A DNA stretch of 64,000 nucleotides. Source: Amphiscolops sp. MND2022. Its lineage: Eukaryota. The first letter of the stretch is position 1. Each line of letters opens with the position of its first letter. A program made the translations under genes and the position numbers. The notes below the pieces were generated by a model. That model was not told the origin of the DNA. It made no database searches and was given only the letters and a program-made list of their open reading frames with translations. The stretch spans positions 53,196,001-53,260,000 of the forward strand of contig OZ076417.1 in the NCBI GenBank assembly GCA_964187785.1, read 5' to 3'. Below are positions 38,037-50,103 of the stretch, piece by piece.

Positions 38037-38543
38037 TTAGGAAATCCCCTTTTCAGAATAAAAAAGAATGACAGTCATTTTTACAAGTATCATGTAGTCC
38101 TGGAAAACACGAAAATAGGATAACGTCAAATTACGTAATTCTATTTATATCATTCCCATAATGACATACGTTTGTCTAATCGGTCGTAAGACCCTAGAGA
38201 AATACTGTAAAATGGTATATCAAACACCTCTAGTGCTATCTAATGATGTATAATTGCATGACGTTCAAAACTACACCTTTTGCTGAAAAATGCATAATCC
38301 CGCATATGCGGTGGACCTGGAACCGCACAAAGACGTATAACGCACGTGAGCATCTTCCTCACATCCGGATAGTAATGCATATACGGCACAATTCGATCCG
38401 TATGATATTTCAATAAAAACGTATGTTAATGCATATACAGCACTAGTAGTACCGTATAGTGATGCATGTTACAATTGATAAAAAGGTATGATACCGCATA
38501 CTCTATTAATTTAAAACGTATCTTAATCTTGGTGGATGCGACA
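37292..38543 (-). repeat. 5' LTR of element 2 (1,252 bp), carrying a 419-bp deletion relative to the 3' LTR
   Basis: Lacks the equivalent of 23370-23788; 2-bp AT microhomology at the junction. Confidence 0.95.
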
Positions 38544-38548
38544 GTAAG

Positions 38549-38680
38549 ATAATTATTTTTTTCCGCCCACATATAATGGCGGAGGAAAATCATGATCTGT
38601 GTTGGGTTTTTGTTCCAAATTTTACCAAATCTCCTCTTTAGTTCCTCCTCATCGACTTCACTTGACTATTTGTAACTTCA
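38549..38680 (+). repeat. Short interspersed repeat (TTATTTTCCGCCCAC...CACTTGACTATTT); inverted copies at ~40660-40752 and ~43738-43882
   Basis: Direct comparison of the three loci. Confidence 0.7.
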
Positions 38681-38691
38681 CTACTTTACTT

Positions 38692-38764
38692 ATTCGTTAG
38701 AGCAGTTGGTAGTGCGTCTGCCTGGTAGACACGAGGTTGTGGGTTCCGAACCCGAGCTGATGCG
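38692..38764 (+). ncRNA. tRNA-derived SINE head or pseudo-tRNA
   Basis: A-box-like TAGAGCAGTTGG and B-box-like GGTTCCGAACCC at tRNA spacing; acceptor stem degraded. Confidence 0.6.
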
Positions 38765-39710
38765 TTACATTTTTAGCGGAAAATATCCAAGTGCATAGCG
38801 GGTGTCTTGTTTGATATCAGACGAAATCAATACATCGAACGAATCGATACCTCCAATTCTTCTGTTGATGAAGTCACTCCCCTGACCAGAAGAAGTCTTA
38901 GTTTCTATGAAATTAATATGAATTCTTTATTGAAACAAAACATTGATTTGGCCAAAATATCCTAACCCAAGAAAATGACGATGAATTCGATGATGATTTT
39001 ATTTTCGTAGAGGATTAAAAAGATGTAACGTCAATGACTCTGAACTTTTTCCTAAGAGATTTCTTTGTTGGTCCTATAGTTCACAATCAATTTTTTTTCA
39101 TACAGTCATCGGAATTGAAATCAAAACAAACATTGAACAACGACGCACGAACAAAATTAATACTGACTTCTAAAATGTCTTTAACGCTAACCTTTTTGTT
39201 ATATCTACGAAAAACCCTTTGTTACGATTACTTTTCTAGTGACTGTATGGGGGGTTTATATGGAATTTTGAAGATTTTTTAACCGTGTGACATAGATGGT
39301 ATATGAACATGAGATTCACGCAGAAATGTAATTGAAAGACTGCGTGAACGCGTTTTACAGTTCGATTCTAGAGTCATGAACGGATATGTCAGGATCTCAC
39401 TGCTTTTCGATGCGTGGGAGTTTATCATCCACTTCAGCCCTCCCAAATTTATAAATATCAACGACAAACAAGGTCAGGCAAACAGCAGCGAAGATTACGG
39501 TGCAATTGAAAAAGACTGAACGACAATAACGGCGATAAAAGTAAGAAGTCGAATGTGAATCTCTAGAACATTTCAGGGCTTATCAAGAGCACTTGAGCTG
39601 AAACTCAAATCCAACCGCTGCTCAGTATTTTATCGGGACTACTGAAACGAGTTGTTTTCCGATTCATTTTCGAAACTGCAAATACACAATATTCAAAGCG
39701 AGTTAACACA

Positions 39711-40993
39711 ATGACGTTTCAATTCAAGATACTGTTAGCTCTTCTTCTGGCTTTTTCGTCATCGAGACTTGTTACCAGTAAAAGCTGGAGATCCGAAAAG
39801 GTGATCAGCGCTTTATATTATGAACGACCTTTGCTTCTGTCAGAGTTCTGGAAGGACTTCAGCGGCTACCTCCAGAATTGGACCAATTACACCTTGGCAG
39901 ATGTAGCTGATTATGTAACCGGCTACAACTTGACTCACGACGGTGTTGTAGTTAACACCGATGGGGGAAATTCGTTCCTGATCCATAACACACCTGGATC
40001 GGGGGTGGTTGCAACCTATGCTAAATATATGAGCAGAAACTGGAAAATAAACCACACCATCCCGGGTTAACATGTACCATCTGTAAGGAGTAAAATCCGT
40101 AGCTTCCCTAAGATCACTCTCTGTTCTAAGAATTTCCATCCATGATCATCCATGACATCCATGTTCAAAACCTCGACGCCATTATTGAAACAATTGATTT
40201 TAAATTTAAGGCCTTAATTGGTGTCATTGAATTCAGATCTTAATTAAGCCGCGCCTTTTGGCTAATGTCAATACATCTGTTTTTCAACGATTCTGGATGT
40301 TTTTGAGAGCTGGCTTTCGTGCTTGTAAAGTCACTTGCTCTTGTTAGAGGTTGCTGTTGTCTTTTTGAAACTTTTGTTGCTCAAATGAAATATTCCATCT
40401 CATATAGGCTTCTTGTAACATTATATAAACAGTGTGTAACTGCACCTACTGTTTCTCTCATTCCACAAGATTTCTGGTTTTTACTTCAGCCAGACTGTGT
40501 AGTAAACAGAAAGACTCCCGCAAAGCACTGGGATCATTTCCCGTCACTAAAATTTCAGGCTCCAGCCCGGGTTCCAACACATCACCTTCTGTCTCCCAGA
40601 CAAACACCCTACCAACTGGACCACGTTGACTAAAATTTCTACATACTAAATGAAGCAATAAAGTGGAGATTAGGCAGAAATTGGAAACAACACTACATAG
40701 ATGGTGATTTTCCACTTTCAACACATTAAAACGTGGGGGCGGAAAATAACAATCCAAAAGTCAAATTAGAGAAAAATGTGTTGAAATGAAAAAAATCTGA
40801 AATAGTTGGTTTGAAGTAAGAAGTTAACTCAAGTTAACCCGGGATTCAAGTGAATGGAGACAAGACTGTTCAAGATGTTATGACTGCTGCGTCGGCTCCC
40901 TGGGGTCATATCACTGGGAATGGCATCAATTACGTCATTTCTGGCCTCTGCTACGGAGCAGCTGCAAGTGCAGAACAAAAACTGAGAGACTAA
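39711..40993 (+). pseudogene. Secreted NlpC/P60 (LRAT-like, permuted papain fold) protein, 165 aa when reconstructed, split by a MITE
   Basis: Signal peptide; THDGVVV, LIH. Removing 40061-40843 and one AT restores HTIQVNGDKTVQDVM...NYVISGLCYGAAASAEQKLRD* in frame (498 nt). Confidence 0.75.
40061..40843. mobile_element. 783-bp non-autonomous DNA transposon (CMC/EnSpm-like), TIR CCCGGGTTAAC, 2-bp TSD AT
   Basis: 11-bp perfect TIRs; AT at 40059-40060 and 40844-40845; precise removal restores the ORF. Confidence 0.9.
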
Positions 40994-41442
40994 AATCTTG
41001 GAGTCTCTCTATTTTAAACCTGAACTCTGCATCATGACAATCCAAAATGGCAGAAAGTGACTAAATTGGTCAAGGTTCTCAGATCGAACTTTCAATTTTA
41101 ATCAGTTTAACCTGAATTTCGATTTATATATATGTATATATATTCAGGAAAAATTTTTGAACCCTATATTTTCATTTATATTTATATTCTAGAACAAATA
41201 TTTTTGTCTCTTCTCACTCTGAATTACCTAAACCAAACAGCCACTACTTCGACTAGGTGAACCGAACCGAAAAACAACGCAACGCACCAAAGCCAGGCAT
41301 TGAAAATTTATCACTGTCAGTTTGGATCAGCAGTTTTAGATCAAATTTCAACGATCTGCAAATTCAAAGTTAGGGAATTACTTTCTCTGTTTTTGCATCA
41401 TCAATTGCTTGTAGAATTTGCAATTTCAAGTCAATTTTAATT

Positions 41443-41736
41443 TCATCTAATTTCTTGAGTAACTGGGTTCAAAAGCCCAGCAGTTTCGGCGGTCCCCGTA
41501 CTGTTCTCTCGACTGTTTGATTTCATCACTGACCTGCAATCCTCAACATTCATATTCCCTCCTTCATGTAGTTCTCCTGACGTAACGTATACTTGGGTTT
41601 CCCAGTCTAGTGATTTATTCTCACATTCGTTTCCGAGGAGGTTTCCAATCATCATGTTCACATACCCTAAGTTGAACAGTTGGTCTGACTGGCGAGGGCG
41701 TTTCTCTCTTACATTCTGTTTTCTGGTAGAAGGCAT
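41443..41736 (-). mobile_element. Probable solo-LTR or gag N-terminal remnant of another gypsy family
   Basis: MPSTRKQNVREKRPRQ...NSRENSTG...LNPVTQEIR has the same basic-then-acidic, coiled-coil layout as the LTR-encoded gag start of element 2. Confidence 0.5.
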
Positions 41737-42179
41737 ATCAAAGAATGAATGCTGTTTCAAGAATGAACTTTGTTCTAGCATGAATACAGAACAACAAAGC
41801 AAAACGGAAACGTTTGAAAACAATTGGAGTGAACTGCAAAAGTTATTTTTATCGAATGATCCCTATAGTCCCGGTTTTGAGGTATTTAGACTTCCATTAG
41901 CATGACAGTCAAAATAAGGGTGCCATGTTACTGAAAGTAGCCTATCCATCATTATTACCTCATCAAAAGAAGAATAGTTTTCAGTTTGTAACTTGATATT
42001 ACATAAAATAATCCTAGTGATTTAATCCTACATGAGATCTTCATGCACAACCATAATTTAGCAAAGTTGTTAATGGGATTTAGACGTATTAGTTAGTAGG
42101 TCGTCGAGTTACATTATCAAAATGCAAAAGCCTACAGACGAGGTTCTCATCAACGCGTCGCTCATCGTTTCCTTTGTGG

Positions 42180-42460
42180 TCCCCAATGTTCTAAAGGGCC
42201 TGAATAGTACATGAAACTCTACCTATGATTATCGGTTTATATTAGGTTGGCAGCCCAATAAAATTCTGTCCACCTAGCGTAACATGTGGATCTGTACGCA
42301 ACCGACGACATAACTATACGGATTATTGGCATGGCCGTTGAGGGTCAATTGGTTGGAACTGGGAGGTTATGACCTGTCCACTAACTTTGTCGTCGTGGAC
42401 GCTTTCAATGGCGTGGGAGAGTTTTAGTTGGGAAGAAACTTGCTAAGGACTCACTAACTC
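42180..42460 (+). pseudogene. Decayed retroelement protease-like fragment
   Basis: Frame-broken IRIIGMAV / LSTNFVVVD...FLVGRNLLRT resembles the retropepsin C-terminal (I/L)LGRxFL motif. Confidence 0.4.
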
Positions 42461-42575
42461 AGTTACTCAGTTAGTGAGTCCTTAGCAAGTTTCTTCCCAA
42501 CTAAAACTCTCACACGCTTTTTCCAGTGCGGTTAGTGAACAAGCAGGCTGCTTGTTCACTAACCGCACTGGAAAA
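42411..42575. repeat. Two back-to-back long inverted repeats: 49-bp arms with 9-nt spacer, and 28-bp arms with 1-nt spacer
   Basis: 42411-42459 vs 42469-42517 (1 mismatch); 42519-42546 vs 42548-42575 (perfect). Confidence 0.95.
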
Positions 42576-43666
42576 CATGCTGCGGGGCACATTTGTCCCG
42601 CCTGTACGATTCACTGAAGCATGTGTGTAATTAGACTTGCTCGCCACCACGGAATTCAAATAATTAATTTTTTTAGAAGGCAGAGAGTCCACGTTTTAGT
42701 CGGCGCTTTTCTCAAGAAAAGAGTCGACTATAGTCATGGCTTTTCGTCAGTGTTTTGTTTTCATACGCCTGAAACGACCAAAATAGTTTAACAAACTTTA
42801 GGGTATTACAAAATTGCACCTGTTGGCCTAGGGAACTGAACCAAAAATGTTTCCTTTTTTTCTGCGTAACGTACAATACCGGGCGAGACTAAAGGTTTCA
42901 CTCTTTCAGTTTTTTTTCGGGCGCACCAATTCCGTCCGAAACTTTTGGGTTTTTCGGTAGCTGTAGAAGAGAGTACTTCGACAATTTGGAGTCCTTTTGC
43001 TATTTCTGAGCCATAGATATGGGCCGGTCCCGGCTTGTTGGGCAAAGGTATGCGTTCTACTTCAGTCACTGGTCAAAAGCCTAATGCCGATATTGGCCAG
43101 GGGATGTCCCTCATCTTGATCAGGCCCGGCAACTGTCCGTTGAAAAGCCAGAAAAGTACTTAAAAAGGTCCACAGGTCTTCTGGCGTTGGATGAATTCAT
43201 TTAATCGTGTCACCCTAGGCAAGTGCTTAAAATTCACGCCGTGATCACAAAAGTCCACCTGGTTTGGGTAACTGTGAAGGTAACAAGGTTATACTTTACT
43301 TTGATTACGTTTTCTGTTTTTCTTCTGAGAGACTAATGAGTATCATATGATCCGGATAAGAGAAGTTTTTGAAGGAAACTTCAAGATCAAGGATGCTAAA
43401 CGCGACATTTGTGAAGAAACAAGACGCCCGCTATGCACCGGGATATTTTGACTAACAATAGGCGCTTAACCGAAACTTTACTCTCTTGGCGAAACGCGAA
43501 TTACTTCGGATATAACGTCAAAAGTTCGGTTATAGCGTACTGGTAAAAATGGGAGCATATTTTTTGAACCTCCGCATCCTCCTTAGTAGAATGCAATATA
43601 GTTCTGATATAAGGTCAAAAATTCGGAAATAGCGCCATATTTCAAATTTTCGCTTCCTCCTTAGTC

Positions 43667-43790
43667 AAACGCAATTTACTTCGTATATAAAAACGCAATT
43701 TACTTCGTATTTCAGTAAAACGCAATCTACTTCGTATTCAAGTGGATGTTAAATAGTCAAGTGGATGTAAAATAGTCAAGTGGATGGAGA
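43667..43790. repeat. Short tandem repeats (AAACGCAATTTACTTCGTAT x3, then TCAAGTGGATGT(T/A)AAATAG x3)
   Basis: Visible periodicity. Confidence 0.85.
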
Positions 43791-44497
43791 TCGTCACGGT
43801 GGAGATTTGGCAGAATTTGGAGAAAACGCAACACAGATTACGATTTTCCTCCCCCAAAATATGTGGGCGGAAAATAACAATAAAATACTTGGAGCAAATT
43901 GTCTGCGCTGTAGGCGCAAAGCCCGTCGCAAAAACAACTACAAAGTTGCGCAACTGTGAAATAACCAGAACATTAGACGGAATTCCGAGGGCGGTTTCCC
44001 TGGGGGGGGCTTCAGAAGCACTGATGTTACTTGTACCTTCAATGCAATGAAATTGTCCCTGGTTGAAGTCGCTGCCTACTCAAGGCTGAAGGGGATATTG
44101 CATTGGATTCAGAAGCTAGTAGAGTTGCTTTCTGCGAGATTAGGCACCAGTGGCAAGAGCCCTTTGCGATTTCTCATTTTCGGTAGATCAAAACGTGATG
44201 CCTCCTAAGCAAAGTTTGGCGCACCCGAGAAGGATACGTAAGTGATGCACTATTTTTTTTCCAAAAATCACGCTTTATATGGCCATCATAATCAAGCAAT
44301 TATTGGAAGATGATTTGTCGCTTCAGGGTAGTATCATTTACATTGGACCACCGACGACGCAACCAGAACCGTAATGCTGTTGGTTTGAACAACCCGGGTT
44401 TCCCGACCATCCCGATCATAATCTGACCATATTATGGCACCATACAAATCATACAAATTTCCTTACTATGATCTTGCTATGATCGGCCTGGAATCAT

Positions 44498-44626
44498 ATA
44501 TGGTCCAGAGTATGGTCAGCCTGAAACCATAAACTTTTATGGTCCAGTATGGAACCATATATGGTCCAGAATATGGACAGCCTGAAATCATAAATGGTCC
44601 AGAGTATGGACAACCTGAAATCATAA
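44498..44626. repeat. ~33-bp degenerate tandem repeat (TGGTCCAGAGTATGGACAGCCTGAAATCATAAA)
   Basis: Three to four related units. Confidence 0.8.
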
Positions 44627-45073
44627 AAACCCAAAAGTTCAATTCTTATCAGATAGATGTCGGACAAGGCAACCACTTGCGCACAAGATGCACAAAAATT
44701 TGTTGCCGAGGTCCTTATGCTGTATTTTTAGGGAGGCACTCAGCTCGTGAGATACATAGTATCGCACTTGACAAGACCCACGACAAGAACGTGGCCTCCT
44801 TCGGGTCTCAGAAAGAGTAAATCACAATAAGCTCCAGGGAATTGATACCGCAGTGAAATCTTAAATCGAATTCAATAGGTTTACAAGAATCTAGTTGAAG
44901 CATTTGAATGACACTAAAACCTGTTTTATTATAGCCGAAAAACTCTTTATCAAACAGCAGATCATAAGGTCATACATTGACAACGATAGATTGGAAAAAT
45001 GAAAGCTCCTGGTTACCTTATAATGCAGTTAAACTTTGAATCAAATTTAGATAAGGTTACCAGTGTGATGGTA

Positions 45074-46995
45074 ATTGATGCAATTGAATGACTCCAAAAA
45101 CTGTTTTAACATGGTCGAAAAACTTTTTAAACTGCAGGTCATAAGAATATATTTTTAGAACTTTTTAAAGCATGTACTCCCAGCATGCTTCAAATGGTCC
45201 TTCCTGAGCCTCTATACAATACTATTCGAAGAAAAATGTCTTTTCCTTTTTTTTCAACAGTTCCAATTCTCAAATTATACAATGAAAATACACCTAAACT
45301 TTCGAAAACATTTTGGGTCGAGCGCGTGCAGAGTAAACGGTAGGGCCCGTCTACGGCAATCCACCTGCAGGGTTCAGGATTAAAGCAATTAACAGTGTAT
45401 TTTCGACTATAAAGGACACTATAGTGATGTAGCAAGAAAAAGGTAAAAAGAGTTGAAAAGAAATCGTACAAAGTCTAGATCTACAAAAGTGTCCTTAAAC
45501 ATGCGTTGGCTCTTGCACGGCGCTTCTAAGATGGAGTATGTGTGGTCTTAACTGGAAGTTTGCACTTAGGTAACTTTGACAGCTGTTGAGAGGAAAATTG
45601 CGATTTTTGTGTTTTTCACTACTACGTCTCGTGGACAGTTTTCCGGCAGACCAAGAATGTTAAAACGGTTTAATCACTGTGCAAATTGCTTCAACAAATC
45701 CTAGCACGTGTGTCTAGTGTAAAAATGAGGTTGTTATCTCACTTTTTTGATTTCAGACGGTGTCTATCGAGGAGTTTTTGTGCAAATTTTGACAAAGTCA
45801 GCTATTTTTGCATCAAAACGCACGCCCGAGGAAGGTGAAAATCACTTCTAGTGATGTTAGCGACCTGAAATTTTCACACGGTAACCTACATTAGCAGATT
45901 CGTGGGGAATTGAACGCCGATTGCGCTAAATTGACTTTACCCGAAACACTGGGGCTCGTCAAAATTGTTTGAGAAATCGAGTACGTCGTGAAATTCACAC
46001 TTTTCTATCAAACTCGCCTTCTAGGCAACCTAGCTATCTGAAAGTTTGCATACGACCGTAAACAAAACCCACATAACAGAAAAAACAAAATGGTGTGGTG
46101 CCCGGACCGACATCTGGTGATCCGAAGTGACAAAACTATAGTGAACCCTTGGTTTCACTTTTTCAGGTCTAATATTACGAAAAAAAAACAATTTCTTCGT
46201 GTTGGATGGTAGCAGAATGCTCAAAATGCCCTAATCGTCAGCGTTTGGTGCCGTACAGTCGAGAGTGCAAACGTTCTGGTGCTGGGATGTCCCGGAGATA
46301 TCGCACTGTGTTCAACTAAATATCGATTTTTGCGTGACTTTTCCACGAATTTCAAGCGAAACTGCGCCTAAGTTTTCTTATCAACTAGTAATGCTAAGCT
46401 ACGAAAACCAACCACTAACGTAATTTTTTGCGGTCTATACGATGCTGCAATCAGTTTTGAGCTGCTTCTACTAGGAGAGATTTCGACCTGTCTCGGGAAT
46501 GCTACTACAGTGTTCCCAAAAAGTCGCAAAATGAACGTTTTCCGCTCAGGAACCACTGGTTAGAATCATTCGCGGATTTCTGCGTTTGCAACGTTATACA
46601 CTAGATTAGCAAATGTAAACAAGTAAATTTAGTAGGTTTCAAGTGAGGTCTCTCAAATTTAGGTTCACAAGTATGATCGTAATTGATGCAATTGAATGAC
46701 TCCAAAACTGGTTTCATTATGGTCGAAAATCTTTTCAAACTGCAGGTCATAAGAATATATTTTTTGAACTTCTCAAAGCGTGTACTCCCAGCATGCTTCA
46801 AATGGTCCTTGCCGAGCCTCAGTACTATACTATTCGAAGAAAACTTTTCCTTTTTTTTCAACAGTTCCAAGTCTCAAATTATACAAAGAAATAACACTTG
46901 AATTTTCAAAAAAAATTTTGGATCGAGCGCGTCTCACGGCAATCCACCTGCAGTTCAGGATTCAAGCAACTAACAGTGCCACTTTAGTGATGTAG
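45074..46995. repeat. ~320-350-bp direct repeats at 45074-45430 and 46682-46995 (partial third copy near 44900-44970)
   Basis: Shared ATTGATGCAATTGAATGACTCC...GTACTCCCAGCATGCTTCAAATGGTCCTT...GGCAATCCACCTGCAG. Confidence 0.85.
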
Positions 46996-47419
46996 CAAGA
47001 CAAACATAAAAATTAGTTCAAAAGTAATTGCTCCAGAATATTGAGGATTGGTTTTTTTACAAACAGTCCTACTTTGCCTCTATACCAGCGAGTTTTATAT
47101 TTTTTCTAAAATTCCTACTGTCGTTTGACAATTTAGATGAAAAAAAACCGAGTGACTGGAATAGCACGTCAGAAAATCAAAAAATGTCCAAAGTCTTGAA
47201 AATGGCAAAACCTTCGCGTTTTTTGGCACTGCATTGGAATCTGAGATTTAACTTGGACAAAACTACCAGTTCTTTGAACCACACTAAGGGGTGTTTTCTT
47301 GTCAAAATTTTGTTTTCTGAACTGCAGCTCACAAGTTGACAACCACACAAAATAGAATTGGTAAAATCATTAATGTATAGAGAAAGCAAGCGAAAAAAAG
47401 TACGACCTTCTATCAATTC

Positions 47420-50025
47420 TTAATCATGTTCAAAGTGTTTAAGCAGCGGTACAAAGTATATTCTATCATCAATCTGAAGTTTCACTAATTTCTCATCAAT
47501 TTGAGACATCGAGTACTGCCTAACATCTTCTGTAGCTCTCGCTTCGAAAAAAGCGGCTGGTAGGTCCTCATTCGCGTCAATGCAGCGGTATAACTTTTTA
47601 CAACGATAAACTCTCAGCAGCAGCTGATCTTCTGGGGAGCTCTCAAAAAAAATTAGCACTTCACCCGCAACCAGTTCTTCATCGCAGTATACAGTAACAA
47701 AGCTGTTGACATTACTTTCGTTGTTTGAAGCTTCAATGGTGTGAAACTCTGTTTTCGTATTCACAAAAATTTTTCCAGCCAACGGCGGAAGATACATTCG
47801 CAGATGGGGGTTAAGTTTCGCATAATTTCTTTCGAAATGGCTTTTCCCTCTCAGCGGAGACACCCAATGAGAGATAGAGTCATCAGCAATTCTTTTTTTC
47901 CTGGAAACTTTGTTTCTGATATATCTCTCAACAAGAAGATCCATATGATTAACTGAGCCAGAAAAAGTTTCTCGAACTCTCGAACATGACTGCGGATGTA
48001 GACCAAAGTGGGCCGAACATCTCCACCTAAGGTAAAACAAACATCGAACGAAAGTCACTCATTAGAAACCAATATGCAAAATTTTATGCACCCGCTCAGG
48101 ACTCGATTCGGAGGAGCGTGCCCATTTCTTCAGCAAAAAATTACTCACCTGCCAAGCCAGATGAGATAAGCTAAGAATGTTTGCCGAAAAGCATTCTTCG
48201 CCGTGCTCGTTTTGTGTTTCGTCAAGGAAATGTTTCATCAAATTACCACCCGCGGTGGCAAACTCAGACGAAATCAGGAACAGTCTAATGGCAAAGCTGA
48301 AGATCATGAACCGGGCATAGAGTCCGTCTTCCAAAACGTTCCGGAGAACAACTGGCCCTACGTAAAGTAGCCACACTTTGAATTCGGTTGCTTTGAAATG
48401 TGGCAGCTTGTCGAGTCCTCGCACTGGTCTTTTAAACTCCTTGGGTAGCTGAAAGTCATGATCATGACTTTTCGAACCAAAAACGAGCAACTTTTTAACC
48501 GATAAATTTGGACAAATAAACGTTTCATACTGCAATATAGAGGTGTTTCCGGCTTGATCTTATTTATTCCCCATTAAAAAAGCTGCGTTCACTTTGGAAG
48601 GCATTTCAATAATTTTCTACGGTTCCGTTTTGAGTATCGAGTTCAGTCAGAAATAACTGCAATATCACTATCAATCAAATAATTGTTTCAACAAGGCATC
48701 CATTAGTTATTTGATAAACACTTTAAGGAAAATTGCTTTTTTTGACTGCAGCAACTTTGGCAATTTCGAGAAAAAAATCAATAGGCAATCACAACCTATG
48801 AATGCGGAGATGAATTCAAATAGACATGATCAGAAACCTTGACAGAAAGTGCGACTTTGTTGGCTTCAGTTAGGGAGCGCCCAAGTCTGGATTGAGAAAT
48901 CTGAAGGAGAACTCTCGTAACACCCAACAGAACCTGATGCATGTAATCAATAGGCGCAGTTAGGGGTAAATTGCTGATGAGTTCAAAGAGCTTGCTGCGA
49001 CTCTTGACACCAAAAGTATCAACCTGCACTCCATCTTCAATTGCAGAAACATTTTTCAGATGATGGCCGGGGTCACGCATTTCAGAATCAACATTCGGAT
49101 AATAATGAGTTCGACCACTTCGACGAGCGAGAGTGTAACAGAGTGTGCAGCCATAGAGAGCATTGTATTGAGCCATAGCTAGAAGTGACGCTTTTGCAGG
49201 TAGATCAGCCACAAGGAAAATGATTTCCATAACCAGCAAAAACTTCCTGCCTCCAAACTCCACGATTTTTTTTTTGGTTGAGAGTTCAATCTTGATTTTC
49301 TGCAGAAAATAACGTTCAACAAAAAGAAAAAACAACTAAAAGAACTTAAAGGATTCAGAAATAACTCAAAAATCGAATTCCATGTCGGCTTCTTCGATCC
49401 AAACCAGAGAGAAGCGAGGATAATATTCTCGAAGGCGCGCCGAATAGTTGGAGGTAAATTTGCCACCCCTAACCAGACAGGCCAAATTGAGGTTCCATCT
49501 GACTTGACTAGACGAACACCATCCGAATTCAAAATGAGAAAAATGCGAAGCTCATTCATTTCCAACGAAAAACAGTCCGGTATTTTCAAATCGAGTTTAT
49601 TGTCTCGACCAACTTCATATTCCCAAATTAATTCTATGTGCTCCTGCACTACCTCACGAATTTCTTCAGTGAAATCAAGCGTGGTCCAATCCCCATTTTC
49701 TTCTTTGCCTTTTAGGATGGTTCTTTGCAACCTGAGTTTTTGGTACCGACGCTTTTGAACTTTAAAGCTGGGACATCGTGAAAACGGGAACGATTTTTTG
49801 ATCAATGAGAACCATTCATTGGCTTCCACATCAGAAGTGCCATGCTTGGCAATAATTAGGTCGGCTGCTAGGAGGAAATTATCCAGAGTAACGTCGGACG
49901 ACGGGTGAAGTGTTCTAGGTACGTCTTGCTCGTGATCGAGAAGTTCACTTGAAATACAAAATGATTTCAGCAAGACCTCGTTCTGAACAAAACGAAACAC
50001 TTAAATCAGATAACTCAACAGCGTC
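47420..50025 (-). pseudogene. CMC/EnSpm (CACTA-type) DDE transposase, multi-exon, with lesions; exons ~50025-49365, 49299-48838, 48448-48149, 48026-47420
   Basis: LNSDGVRLVKS..SIWP..ANLPP..R...NIILASLWFGSKKP; ADLPAKA...YGCTLC; PIDYMHQVLLGV; LPKEFKRPVR...FKATEFKVWLLYVGP; FGPLWSTSAVMFES. Frameshift after FES; one donor lacks GT. Confidence 0.92.
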
Positions 50026-50103
50026 CTACAAGTGAAAATAAAAAAAAATAAAATGAATTGATTTGAAAATGCAACCCTCTTTCAACGCTTTAATTATTCT
50101 AAC

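Larger units (their letters stand above)
22134..38543 (-). mobile_element. Full-length Ty3/gypsy LTR retrotransposon (element 2), 16,410 bp, with 5-bp TSD GTAAG
   Basis: GTAAG at 22129-22133 and 38544-38548. TG...CA LTR termini, PBS and PPT present. gag-PR-RT-RH-IN order. Confidence 0.97.

Noticed and set aside
38692-38764. Functional tRNA gene (also 60243-60315)
   Set aside because: A and B boxes are present, but the acceptor and anticodon stems do not pair properly; kept only as pseudo-tRNA or SINE heads.
40061-40843. MITE being spliced out as an intron to rescue the secreted gene
   Set aside because: An in-frame TAA at 40835-40837 lies between every available AG acceptor and the downstream coding sequence.
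42960-43260. Further gypsy pol fragment on the minus strand
   Set aside because: Protein-like but without a diagnostic catalytic motif; too degraded to call.
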